A stretch of DNA of 64,000 nt from Macrostomum lignano (Eukaryota), in the NCBI GenBank assembly GCA_002269645.1, contig NIVC01000600.1:186001-250000 (forward strand), in the 5' to 3' direction. Position 1 is the first letter of the stretch; every line of letters begins with the position of its first letter. Below, one piece after another: positions 27,401-40,667 of this stretch. The position numbers and the translations under genes are program-made. The notes beneath the pieces are model-generated. The model saw only the letters and a list, made by a program, of their open reading frames with translations. It ran no database searches and was not told where the DNA came from.

Positions 27401-30400
27401 ATAATCCCAGCTTTTCTCCGCTTCCCTCTGATAATCCCAGCTTCTCTCCGCTTCTTTTTGATATCCCAGCTTCTCTCCGCTTCTTTTTGATATCCCAGCT
27501 TCTCTCCGCTTCTTTTTGACTGACTGACTGACTGACTGACTGAGGCGGGTGAATCTCTTAGATGAAGAGGTTTTAGCGGCCCCAAGACTTTCCCTTTATG
27601 TTTGAGTGAAAAAAACAGACTTAGAGCCTACTCCGTTCTAAGTATAGGAGGTCTAAGCTGCCGAGATTTACAGAGGCCGGTGAGTCAGTTAGATGAAGAT
27701 TATAGCGATTCCAAGAGCTCTGTGTGTTTGAGTGATATTGCAGAGCTAGGCCTGGCTCTTTGTTCTAAGTATAGGACAGCCAAGGCTGCTAAGATATACA
27801 GAGGCCAGTGAGTCAGTTAGATGAAGATTATAGCGATTCCAAGAGCTCTGTGTGTTTGTGTGAAATGCTGAGTTGGGTCTGGCTCTTTGTTCTAAGTATA
27901 GGACAGCCAAGGCTGCTAAGATATACAGAGGCGGCTGAATCAGTTCGATGAAGGAGTTATAGCGGCCCCAAGACTTTCCCTTTATGTTTGAGTGAAAATG
28001 CTGAGTTGGGTCTGTCTCTTTGTTCTAAGTATAGGACATCCAAGGCTGCTAAGATATACAGAGGCCAGTGAGTCAGTTAGATGAAGATTATAGCGATTCT
28101 AAGAGCTCTGTGTGTTTGAGTGAAAATGCTGAGTTGGGTCTGGCTCTTTGTTCTAAGTATAGGACAGCCAAGGCTGCTAAGATATACAGAGGCGGCTGAA
28201 TCAGTTCGATGAAGGAGTTATAGCGGCCCCAAGACTTTCCCTTTATGTTTGAGTGAAAATGCTGAGTTGGGTCTGTCTCTTTGTTCTAAGTATAGGACAT
28301 CCAAGGCTGCTAAGATATACAGAGGCCAGTGAGTCAGTTAGATGAAGATTATAGCGATTCTAAGAGCTCTGTGTGTTTGAGTGAAAATGCTGAGTTGGGT
28401 CTGGCTCTTTGTTCTAAGTATAGGACAGCCAAGGCTGCTAAGATATACAGAGGCGGCTGAATCAGTTCGATGAAGGAGTTATAGCGGCCCCAAGACTTTC
28501 CCTTTATGTTTGAGTGAAAATGCTGAGTTGGGTCTGTCTCTTTGTTCTAAGTATAGGACATCCAAGGCTGCTAAGATATACAGAGGCCAGTGAGTCAGTT
28601 AGATGAAGATTATAGCGATTCTAAGAGCTCTGTGTGTTTGAGTGAAAATGCTGAGTTGGGTCTGGCTCTTTGTTCTAAGTATAGGACAGCCAAGGCTGCT
28701 AAGATATACAGAGGCGGCTGAATCAGTTCGATGAAGGAGTTATAGCGGCCCCAAGACTTTCCCTTTATGCTTGAGCGAATATGCAGAGTTATTCCATGCT
28801 GGACTCCATTTCGCGAGGTAAAGCTAGCTTGCGCTGTGAATTGTTGTCTTTTCCCACAAAACTATATTCATTTTATTATCGATTTCTCCTCACTCGCAGA
28901 TACACACGGTTCAAGCAACTTTTCACACTTTTCATCGCCTAGCTGAAACCAAACCAAACCTTTTATCTTTGCTAGTGTAGAATTGCATCCATTCTGTGTT
29001 GATAAAAATACGCTGGCTACGGCCTTGCGCCCCTCTCGTTCTTTCGCACCTTTGCCTTCTAACGTATTTTGTATGCATCGATTTCTCAGCTTCCCAGCTT
29101 CTCTCCGCTTCTCTCTGATAATCCCAGCTTCTTTCCGCCTCTTTCTAATAATCCCAGCTTCTCTCCGCCTCTTTCTGATAATCCCAGCTTCTCTCCGCCT
29201 CTTTCTAATAATCCCAGATTCTTTCCGCCTCTTTCTAATAATCCCAGCTTCTCTCCACCTCTTTCTGATAATCCCAGCTTCTCTCCGCCTCTTTCTAATA
29301 ATCCCAGCTTCTCTCCGCCTCTTTCTAATAATCCCAGCTTCTTTCCGCTTCTCTCTGATAATCCCAGCTTCTCTCCGCTTCCCTCTGATAATCCCAGCTT
29401 CTCTCCGCCTCTTTCTGATAATCCCAGCTTCCTTCCGCTGCTTTCTGATAATCCCAGTTTCTCTCCGCTTCTCTCTGATAATCCCAGCTTCTTTCCGCTT
29501 CTTTCTGATAATCCCAGCTTCTCTCCGCTTCTCTCTGATAATCCCAGCTTCTTTCCGCTTCTCTCTGATAATCCCAGCTTCTTTCCGCTTCTCTCTGATA
29601 ATCCCAGCTTCTTTCCGCTTCTTTCTGATAATCCCAGCTTTTCTCCGCTTCCCTCTGATAATCCCAGCTTCTCTCCGCTTCTTTTTGATATCCCAGCTTC
29701 TCTCCGCTTCTTTTTGATATCCCAGCTTCTCTCCGCTTCTTTTTGACTGACTGACTGACTGACTGACTGAGGCGGGTGAATCTCTTAGATGAAGAGGTTT
29801 TAGCGGCCCCAAGACTTTCCCTTTATGTTTGAGTGAAAAAACAGACTTAGAGCCTACTCCGTTCTAAGTATAGGAGGTCTAAGCTGCCGAGATTTACAGA
29901 GGCCGGTGAGTCAGTTAGATGAAGATTATAGCGATTCCAAGAGCTCTGTGTGTTTGAGTGATATTGCAGAGCTAGGCCTGGCTCTTTGTTCTAAGTATAG
30001 GACAGCCAAGGCTGCTAAGATATACAGAGGCCAGTGAGTCAGTTAGATGAAGATTATAGCGATTCCAAGAGCTCTGTGTGTTTGAGTGAAAATGCTGAGT
30101 TGGGTCTGGCTCTTTGTTCTAAGTATAGGACATCCAAGGCTGCTAAGATATACAGAGGCGGCTGAATCAGTTCGATGAAGGAGTTATAGCGGCCCCAAGA
30201 CTTTCCCTTTATGTTTGAGTGAAAATGCTGAGTTGGGTCTGTCTCTTTGTTCTAAGTATAGGACATCCAAGGCTGCTAAGATATACAGAGGCCAGTGAGT
30301 CAGTTAGATGAAGATTATAGCGATTCTAAGAGCTCTGTGTGTTTGAGTGAAAATGCTGAGTTGGGTCTGTCTCTTTGTTCTAAGTATAGGACAGCCAAGG

Positions 30401-33400
30401 CTGCTAAGATATACAGAGGCGGCTGAATCAGTTCGATGAAGGAGTTATAGCGGCCCCAAGACTTTCCCTTTATGTTTGAGTGAATATGCAGAGTTATTCC
30501 ATGCTGGACTCCATGTCGCGAGGTAAAGCTAGCTTGCGCTGTGAATTGTTGTCTTTTCCCACAAAACTATATTCATTTTATTATCGATTTCTCCTCACTC
30601 GCAGATACACACGGCTCAAGCAACTTTTCACACTTTTCATCGCCTAGCTGAAACCAAACCAAACCTTTTATCTTTGCTAGTGTAGAATTGCATCCATTCT
30701 GTGTTGATAAAAATACGCTGGCTACGGCCTTGCGCCCCTCTCGTTCTTTCGCACCTTTGCCTTCTAACGTATTTTGTATGCATCGATTTCTCAGCTTCCC
30801 AGCTTCTCTCCGCTTCTCTCTGATAATCCCAGCTTCCCTCCGCTTCCCTCTGAGAATCCCAGCTTCTCTCCGCCTCTTTCTAATAATCCCAGATTCTTTC
30901 CGCCTCTTTCTAATAATCCCAGCTTCTCTCCGCCTCTTTCTGATAATCCCAGCTTCTCTCCGCCTCTTTCTGATAATCCCAGCTTCTCTCCGCCTCTTTC
31001 TAATAATCCCAGCTTCTTTCCGCCTCTTTCTAATAATCCCAGCTTCTCTCCGCCTCTTTCTGATAATCCCAGCTTCTCTCCGCCTCTTTCTAATAATCCC
31101 AGCTTCTTTCCGCTTCTCTCTGATAATCCCAGCTTCTCTCCGCTTCCCTCTGATAATCCCAGCTTCTCTCCGCCTCTTTCTGATAATCCCAGCTTCCTTC
31201 CGCTGCTTTCTGATAATCCCAGTTTCTCTCCGCTTCTCTCTGATAATCCCAGCTTCTTTCCGCTTCTTTCTGATAATCCCAGCTTCTCTCCGCTTCTCTC
31301 TGATAATCCCAGCTTCTTTCCGCTTCTCTCTGATAATCCCAGCTTCTTTCCGCTTTTCTCTGATAATCCCAGCCTCTTTCCGCTTCTTTCTGATAATCCC
31401 AGCTTTTCTCCGCTTCCCTCTGATAATCCCAGCTTCTCTCCGCTTCTTTTTGATATCCCAGCTTCTCTCCGCTTCTTTTTGATATCCCAGCTTCTCTCCG
31501 CTTCTTTTTGACTGACTGACTGACTGACTGACTGAGGCGGGTGAATCTCTTAGATGAAGAGGATTTAGCGGCCCCAAGACTTTCCCTTTATGTTTGAGTG
31601 AAAAAACAGACTTAGAGCCTACTCCGTTCTAAGTATAGGAGGTCTAAGCTGCCGAGATTTACAGAGGCCGGTGAGTCAGTTAGATGAAGATTATAGCGAT
31701 TCCAAGAGCTCTGTGTGTTTGAGTGATATTGCAGAGCTAGGCCTGGCTCTTTGTTCTAAGTATAGGACAGCCAAGGCTGCTAAGATATACAGAGGCCAGT
31801 GAGTCAGTTAGATGAAGATTATAGCGATTCCAAGAGCTCTGTGTGTTTGTGTGAAATGCTGAGTTGGGTCTGGCTCTTTGTTCTAAGTATAGGACAGCCA
31901 AGGCTGCTAAGATATACAGAGGCGGCTGAATCAGTTCGATGAAGGAGTTATAGCGGCCCCAAGACTTTCCCTTTATGTTTGAGTGAAAATGCTGAGTTGG
32001 GTCTGTCTCTTTGTTCTAAGTATAGGACATCCAAGGCTGCTAAGATATACAGAGGCCAGTGAGTCAGTTAGATGAAGATTATAGCGATTCTAAGAGCTCT
32101 GTGTGTTTGAGTGAAAATGCTGAGTTGGGTCTGGCTCTTTGTTCTAAGTATAGGACAGCCAAGGCTGCTAAGATATACAGAGGCGGCTGAATCAGTTCGA
32201 TGAAGGAGTTATAGCGGCCCCAAGACTTTCCCTTTATGTTTGAGTGAAAATGCTGAGTTGGGTCTGTCTCTTTGTTCTAAGTATAGGACATCCAAGGCTG
32301 CTAAGATATACAGAGGCCAGTGAGTCAGTTAGATGAAGATTATAGCGATTCTAAGAGCTCTGTGTGTTTGAGTGAAAATGCTGAGTTGGGTCTGGCTCTT
32401 TGTTCTAAGTATAGGACAGCCAAGGCTGCTAAGATATACAGAGGCGGCTGAATCAGTTCGATGAAGGAGTTATAGCGGCCCCAAGACTTTCCCTTTATGC
32501 TTGAGCGAATATGCAGAGTTATTCCATGCTGGACTCCATGTCGCGAGGTAAAGCTAGCTTGCGCTGTGAATTGTTGTCTTTTCCCACAAAACTATATTCA
32601 TTTTATTATCGATTTCTCCTCACTCGCAGATACACACGGTTCAAGCAACTTTTCACACTTTTCATCGCCTAGCTGAAACCAAACCAAACCTTTTATCTTT
32701 GCTAGTGTAGAATTGCATCCATTCTGTGTTGATAAAAATACGCTGGCTACGGCCTTGCGCCCCTCTCGTTCTTTCGCACCTTTGCCTTCTAACGTATTTT
32801 GTATGCATCGATTTCTCAGCTTCCCAGCTTCTCTCCGCTTCTCTCTGATAATCCCAGCTTCTTTCCGCCTCTTTCTAATAATCCCAGCTTCTCTCCGCCT
32901 CTTTCTGATAATCCCAGCTTCTCTCCGCCTCTTTCTAATAATCCCAGATTCTTTCCGCCTCTTTCTAATAATCCCAGCTTCTCTCCGCTTCCCTCTGATA
33001 ATCCCAGCTTCTCTCCGCCTCTTTCTGATAATCCCAGCTTCTCTCCGCCTCTTTCTAATAATCCCAGCTTCTTTCCGCCTCTTTCTAATAATCCCAGCTT
33101 CTCTCCGCCTCTTTCTGATAATCCCAGCTTCTCTCCGCCTCTTTCTAATAATCCCAGCTTCTCTCCGCCTCTTTCTAATAATCCCAGCTTCTTTCCGCTT
33201 CTCTCTGATAATCCCAGCTTCTCTCCGCTTCCCTCTGATAATCCCAGCTTCTCTCCGCCTCTTTCTGATAATCCCAGCTTCTTTCCGCTTCTTTCTGATA
33301 ATCCCAGCTTTTCTCCGCTTCCCTCTGATAATCCCAGCTTCTCTCCGCTTCTTTTTGATATCCCAGCTTCTCTCCGCTTCTTTTTGATATCCCAGCTTCT

Positions 33401-36400
33401 CTCCGCTTCTTTTTGACTGACTGACTGACTGACTGACTGAGGCGGGTGAATCTCTTAGATGAAGAGGTTTTAGCGGCCCCAAGACTTTCCCTTTATGTTT
33501 GAGTGAAAAAACAGACTTAGAGCCTACTCCGTTCTAAGTATAGGAGGTCTAAGCTGCCGAGATTTACAGAGGCCGGTGAGTCAGTTAGATGAAGATTATA
33601 GCGATTCCAAGAGCTCTGTGTGTTTGAGTGATATTGCAGAGCTAGGCCTGGCTCTTTGTTCTAAGTATAGGACAGCCAAGGCTGCTAAGATATACAGAGG
33701 CCAGTGAGTCAGTTAGATGAAGATTATAGCGATTCCAAGAGCTCTGTGTGTTTGTGTGAAATGCTGAGTTGGGTCTGGCTCTTTGTTCTAAGTATAGGAC
33801 AGCCAAGGCTGCTAAGATATACAGAGGCGGCTGAATCAGTTCGATGAAGGAGTTATAGCGGCCCCAAGACTTTCCCTTTATGTTTGAGTGAAAATGCTGA
33901 GTTGGGTCTGTCTCTTTGTTCTAAGTATAGGACATCCAAGGCTGCTAAGATATACAGAGGCCAGTGAGTCAGTTAGATGAAGATTATAGCGATTCTAAGA
34001 GCTCTGTGTGTTTGAGTGAAAATGCTGAGTTGGGTCTGGCTCTTTGTTCTAAGTATAGGACAGCCAAGGCTGCTAAGATATACAGAGGCGGCTGAATCAG
34101 TTCGATGAAGGAGTTATAGCGGCCCCAAGACTTTCCCTTTATGCTTGAGCGAATATGCAGAGTTATTCCATGCTGGACTCCATGTCGCGAGGTAAAGCTA
34201 GCTTGCGCTGTGAATTGTTGTCTTTTCCCACAAAACTATATTCATTTTATTATCGATTTCTCCTCACTCGCAGATACACACGGTTCAAGCAACTTTTCAC
34301 ACTTTTCATCGCCTAGCTGAAACCAAACCAAACCTTTTATCTTTGCTAGTGTAGAATTGCATCCATTCTGTGTTGATAAAAATACGCTGGCTACGGCCTT
34401 GCGCCCCTCTCGTTCTTTCGCACCTTTGCCTTCTAACGTAATTTGTATGCATCGATTTCTCAGCTTCCCAGCTTCTCTCCGCTTCTCTCTGATAATCCCA
34501 GCTTCTTTCCGCCTCTTTCTAATAATCCCAGCTTCTCTCCGCCTCTTTCTGATAATCCCAGCTTCTCTCCGCCTCTTTCTGATAATCCCAGCTTCTCTCC
34601 GCCTCTTTCTGATAATCCCAGCTTCTTTCCGCCTCTTTCTAATAATCCCAGCTTCTCTCCGCCTCTTTCTGATAATCCCAGCTTCTCTCCGCCTTTTTCT
34701 AATAATCCCAGCTTTTCTCCGCCTCTTTCTAATAATCCCAGCTTCTTTCCGCCTCTTTCTAATAATCCCAGCTTCTTTCCGCTTCTCTCTGATAATCCCA
34801 GCTTCTCTCCGCTTCCCTCTGATAATCCCAGCTTCTCTCCGCCTCTTTCTGATAATCCCAGCTTCCTTCCGCTGCTTTCTGATAATCCCAGTTTCTCTCC
34901 GCTTCTCTCTGATAATCCCAGCTTCTTTCCGCTTCTTTCTGATAATCGCAGCTTCTCTCCGCTTCTCTCTGATAATCCCAGCTTCTTTCCGCTTCTCTCT
35001 GATAATCCCAGCTTCTTTCCGCTTCTCTCTGATAATCCCAGCTTCTTTCCGCTTCTTTCTGATAATCCCAGCTTTTCTCCGCTTCCCTCTGATAATCCCA
35101 GCTTCTCTCCGCTTCTTTTTGATATCCCAGCTTCTCTCCGCTTCTTTTTGATATCCCAGCTTCTCTCCGCTTCTTTTTGACTGACTGACTGACTGACTGA
35201 CTGAGGCGGGTGAATCTCTTAGATGAAGAGGATTTAGCGGCCCCAAGACTTTCCCTTTATGTTTGAGTGAAAAAACAGACTTAGAGCCTACTCCGTTCTA
35301 AGTATAGGAGGTCTAAGCTGCCGAGATTTACAGAGGCCGGTGAGTCAGTTAGATGAAGATTATAGCGATTCCAAGAGCTCTGTGTGTTTGAGTGATATTG
35401 CAGAGCTAGGCCTGGCTCTTTGTTCTAAGTATAGGACAGCCAAGGCTGCTAAGATATACAGAGGCCAGTGAGTCAGTTAGATGAAGATTATAGCGATTCC
35501 AAGAGCTCTGTGTGTTTGTGTGAAATGCTGAGTTGGGTCTGGCTCTTTGTTCTAAGTATAGGACAGCCAAGGCTGCTAAGATATACAGAGGCCAGTGAGT
35601 CAGTTAGATGAAGATTATAGCGATTCTAAGAGCTCTGTGTGTTTGAGTGAAAATGCTGAGTTGGGTCTGGCTCTTTGTTCTAAGTATAGGACAGCCAAGG
35701 CTGCTAAGATATACAGAGGCGGCTGAATCAGTTCGATGAAGGAGTTATAGCGGCCCCAAGACTTTCCCTTTATGTTTGAGTGAAAATGCTGAGTTGGGTC
35801 TGTCTCTTTGTTCTAAGTATAGGACATCCAAGGCTGCTAAGATATACAGAGGCCAGTGAGTCAGTTAGATGAAGATTATAGCGATTCTAAGAGCTCTGTG
35901 TGTTTGAGTGAAAATGCTGAGTTGGGTCTGGCTCTTTGTTCTAAGTATAGGACAGCCAAGGCTGCTAAGATATACAGAGGCGGCTGAATCAGTTCGATGA
36001 AGGAGTTATAGCGGCCCCAAGACTTTCCCTTTATGCTTGAGCGAATATGCAGAGTTATTCCATGCTGGACTCCATGTCGCGAGGTAAAGCTAGCTTGCGC
36101 TGTGAATTGTTGTCTTTTCCCACAAAACTATATTCATTTTATTATCGATTTCTCCTCACTCGCAGATACACACGGTTCAAGCAACTTTTCACACTTTTCA
36201 TCGCCTAGCTGTAACCAAACCAAACCTTTTATCTTTGCTAGTGTAGAATTGCATCCATTCTGTGTTGATAAAAATACGCTGGCTACGGCCTTGCGCCCCT
36301 CTCGTTCTTTCGCACCTTTGCCTTCTAACGTATTTTGTATGCATCGATTTCTCAGCTTCCCAGCTTCTCTCCGCTTCTCTCTGATAATCCCAGCTTCTTT

Positions 36401-38390
36401 CCGCCTCTTTCTAATAATCCCAGCTTCTCTCCGCCTCTTTCTGATAATCCCAGCTTCTCTCCGCCTCTTTCTAATAATCCCAGATTCTTTCCGCCTCTTT
36501 CTAATAATCCCAGCTTCTCTCCGCCTCTTTCTGATAATCCCAGCTTCTCTCCGCCTCTTTCTGATAATCCCAGCTTCTCTCCGCCTCTTTCTAATAATCC
36601 CAGCTTCTTTCCGCCTCTTTCTAATAATCCCAGCTTCTCTCCGCCTCTTTCTGATAATCCCAGCTTCTCTCCGCCTCTTTCTAATAATCCCAGCTTCTCT
36701 CCGCCTCTTTCTAATAATCCCAGCTTCTTTCCGCTTCTCTCTGATAATCCCAGCTTCTCTCCGCTTCCCTCTGATAATCCCAGCTTCTCTCCGCCTCTTT
36801 CTGATAATCCCAGCTTCCTTCCGCTGCTTTCTGATAATCCCAGTTTCTCTCCGCTTCTCTCTGATAATCCCAGCTTCTTTCCGCTTCTTTCTGATAATCG
36901 CAGCTTCTCTCCGCTTCTCTCTGATAATCCCAGCTTCTTTCCGCTTCCCTCTGATAATCCCAGCTTCTTTCCGCTTCTCTCTGATAATCCCAGCTTCTTT
37001 CCGCTTCTTTCTTATAATCCCAGCTTTTCTCCGCTTCCCTCTGATAATCCCAGCTTCTCTCCGCTTCTTTTTGATATCCCAGCTTCTCTCCGCTTCTTTT
37101 TGATATCCCAGCTTCTCTCCGCTTCTTTTTGACTGACTGACTGACTGACTGACTGACTGAGGCGGGTGAATCTCTTAGATGAAGAGGTTTTAGCGGCCCC
37201 AAGACTTTCCCTTTATGTTTGAGTGAAAAAACAGACTTAGAGCCTACTCCGTTCTAAGTATAGGAGGTCTAAGCTGCCGAGATTTACAGAGGCCGGTGAG
37301 TCAGTTAGATGAAGATTATAGCGATTCCAAGAGCTCTGTGTGTTTGAGTGATATTGCAGAGCTAGGCCTGGCTCTTTGTTCTAAGTATAGGACAGCCAAG
37401 GCTGCTAAGATATACAGAGGCCAGTGAGTCAGTTAGATGAAGATTATAGCGATTCCAAGAGCTCTGTGTGTTTGTGTGAAATGCTGAGTTGGGTCTGGCT
37501 CTTTGTTCTAAGTATAGGACAGCCAAGGCTGCTAAGATATACAGAGGCGGCTGAATCAGTTCGATGAAGGAGTTATAGCGGCCCCAAGACTTTCCCTTTA
37601 TGTTTGAGTGAATATGCAGAGTTATTCCATGCTGGACTCCATGTCGCGAGGTAAAGCTAGCTTGCGCTGTGAATTGTTGTCTTTTCCCACAAAACTATAT
37701 TCATTTTATTATCGATTTCTCCTCACTCGCAGATACACACGGTTCAAGCAACTTTTCACACTTTTCATCGCCTAGCTGAAACCAAACCAAACCTTTTATC
37801 TTTGCTAGTGTAGAATTGCATCCATTCTGTGTTGATAAAAATACGCTGGCTACGGCCTTGCGCCCCTCTCGTTCTTTCGCACCTTTGCCTTCTAACGTAT
37901 TTTGTATGCATCGATTTCTCAGCTTCTCAGCTTCTCTCCGCTTCTCTCTGATAATCCCAGCTTCTTTCCGCCTCTTTCTAATAATCCCAGCTTCTCTCCG
38001 CCTCTTTCTGATAATCCCAGCTTCTCTCCGCTTCCCTCTGATAATCCCAGCTTCTTTCCGCTTCTTTTTGATAATCCCAGCTTCTCTCTGCTTCTTTCTG
38101 ACTGACTGACTGACTGAGGCGGGTGAGTCTTAGATGAAGAGGTTTTAGCGGCCCTAAGACTTTCCCTTTATGTTTGAGTGAAAAAACAGACTTAGAGCCT
38201 ACTCCGTTCTAAGTATAGGAGGTCTAAGCTGCCGAGATTTACAGAGGCCGGTGAGTCAGTTAGATGAAGATTATAGCGATTCCAAGAGCTCTGTGTGTTT
38301 GAGTGAAAATGCTGAGTTGGGCCTGGCTCTTTGTTCTAAGTATAGGACAGCCAAGGCTGCTAAGATATACAGAGTCCAGTGAGGACAGCC
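18460..38390. repeat. ~20-kb hierarchical macrosatellite with 11 macro-units of about 1.4-2.4 kb
   Basis: Each unit is [127-130-bp monomers]n + ~310-bp constant segment + 30-bp minisatellite + (GACT)n. The constant segment (marked by the MHPFCVDKN ORF) recurs at 19765, 21200, 22577, 24991, 26696, 28983, 30688, 32713, 34357, ~36250 and 37816. Confidence 0.97.
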
Positions 38391-38529
38391 TGGCCTAGCT
38401 AGGCATCTATAATTCTTAATCGTATTAATTCGTATACAAAAGTTCTACTCGTAATGCTTAAAACAAACTTTATGGTTTGGATACCTAGAAAACGGTACTT
38501 CATGTAACTCTGTATCGGGGAAGGAATGG

Positions 38530-40256
38530 CGGGTCACTAAAGGCTACTTGGATTAATGCGGGTCAGTGATGGTCACTTGGATTAGTGCGGCTCACTGATG
38601 GTCACTAAGATTAGTGCGGGTCACTGATGGTCGCTTGGATTAGTGATAGTCACTGATGGTCACTAGGATTAGTGCGGGTCACTGAAGGTCACATGGAATA
38701 CTTTTCTATAGTCTATTTCTGTAGTGGGGAGCAAATCTCAGGTAATTCTGTCCGGCCTCCAGATCTGTGTAGTGGGGAGCAAATTTCAGGTAATTCTGTC
38801 CGGCCTCCAGATCTGTGTAGTGGGGAGCAAATTTCAGGTAATTCTGTCCGGCCTCCAGATTTGTGTAGTGGGGAGCAAATCTCAGGTAATTCTGTCCGGC
38901 CTCCAGATTTGTGTAGTGGGGAGCAAATTTCAGGTAATTCTGTCCGGCCTCCAGATCTGTGTAGTGGGGAGCAAATTTCAGGTAATTCTGTCCGGCCTCC
39001 AGATCTGTGTAGTGGGGAGCAAATTTCAGGTAATTCTGTCCGGCCTCCAGATCTGTGTAGTGGGGAGCAAATTTCAGGTAATTCTGTCCGGCCTCCAGAT
39101 CTGTGTAGTGGGGAGCAAATTTCAGGTAATTCTGTCCGGCCTCCAGATCTGTGTAGTGGGGAGCAAATTTCAGGTAATTCCGTCCGGCCTCCAAATTTGT
39201 GTAGTGGGGAGCAAATTTCAGGTAATTCCGTCCGGCCTCCAAATTTGTGTAGTGGGGAGCAAATTTCAGGTAATTCCGTCCGGCCTCCAAATTTGTGTAG
39301 TGGGGAGCATATTTCAGGTAATTCCGTCCGGCCTCCAAATTTGTGTAGTGGGGAGCAAATTTCAGGTAATTCTGTCCGGCCTCCAGATCTGTGTAGTGGG
39401 GAGCAGATATCAGGTAATTGTGTCCAGTAACTGAGTCCCGTAGATTAGTGCGATTCACTAAAGTTCACTTGGATTAATGCAGGTCACTGATGGTCACTTG
39501 GATTAGTGCGGGTCACTGATGGTCACTTGGATTAGTGCGGGTCACTGATGGTCACTTGGATTAGTTGGGTCACTGAAGGCCACTTGGATTAGTGCGGGTC
39601 AGAGATTGTCACTGTAGGATTAGTGCGGGTCACTGATGGTCACTTGGATTAGTGCGGGTCACTAAAGTTCACTTGGATTAGTGCGGGTCACTGATGGTCA
39701 CTTGGATTAGTGCGGGTCACTGATGGTCAGTTGGATTAGTGCCGGTCATTGATGGTCACTTGGATTAGTGCGGGTCAGTGATTGTCACTGTTAGATTAGT
39801 GCGGGTCACTGATGGTCACTTGGATTAGTGCTAGTCACTGATGGTCACTTGGATTAGTGCGGGTCACTGATGGTCACTTGGATTAGTGCGGGTCACTGAA
39901 GGCCACTTGGATTAATGCCTGTCACTGAAGGCCACTTGGATTAATGCCTGTCACTGAAGGCCACTTGGATTAATGCCTGTCACTGAAGGCCACTTGGATC
40001 AGTTCGGGTCAGTGAAGAACACTTGCCATTAAGCGGGTCACTGATCGATACTTGGATTAGGTCAGTGATGGTCACCGTTGGATTAGTGCGGCTCACTGCG
40101 GGTTAATTTTCTACAGTCTATCTATGTAGTTGGGAGCAAAATCAAGGTAATTCTGTCCTAGTTGGGAGCAAAATCAAGGTAATTCTGTCCTAGTTGGGAG
40201 CAAAGTCAAGGTAATTCTGTCCTAATTGGGAGCAAAGTCAAGGTAATTCTGTCCGA
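38530..40256. repeat. Composite satellite: 29-bp array, 48-bp array (38715-39428), 29-bp array (39440-40100), 32-bp array (40126-40256)
   Basis: Units are GGTCACTGATGGTCACTTGGATTAGTGCG (29 bp); GTAGTGGGGAGCAAATTTCAGGTAATTCTGTCCGGCCTCCAGATCTGT (48 bp); and AGTTGGGAGCAAAATCAAGGTAATTCTGTCCT (32 bp, a shortened relative of the 48-mer). Confidence 0.95.
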
Positions 40257-40667
40257 TTCTGTACGTCTTCACTACTAAGAAAGTTAGTAGGCCTGTTCTA
40301 TAAAAAGTAGTACTACAAACAATGCAAAAAGTTCATTTATTAGATTAATTTTAGATCATCTTTCTTAAAAAATATTTTATAATTTTTTTCTAGCCGTGAT
40401 CTTTCGATTGAATATTAAATTTTCAATTTTTATCACCATGTAATTTTGTCCGCTCCATGTAGTCGCTGCTCCCAGTTTTGCTCCCGTTGCCATGTAGTCT
40501 TGTCCGCTTTATGTAATTGCCTGTGCTATAGGGTTCAGACAGTTTAAATTTGCGCTATCACGGAGTCGGGAATTGCCTGGCCTTTCTGCACTGATTCTGC
40601 TTTCAAAATCGGGATATGATGCTTTTTGGAGCTTCCTAACCTGATTTGTAGCGTGGGGCCCACACTC

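Noticed and set aside
24876-35246. Repeated 294-334-aa highly basic protamine-like ORFs (EAGIIRKRRR)n on the minus strand of the macrosatellite
   Set aside because: They start at TTG with no in-frame ATG after the upstream stop. Openness follows from a 30-bp unit lacking stops in most frames, and continuity changes with GACT/29-bp copy number between units.
19765-38109. Plus-strand MHPFCVDKN.. and MYASISQ.. ORFs in each macro-unit
   Set aside because: Translations of the 30-bp minisatellite; overlapping frames are open simultaneously, and there are no domain features.
18460-40256. CRISPR-like appearance of regularly spaced repeats
   Set aside because: No unique spacers, no cas genes, eukaryotic context.
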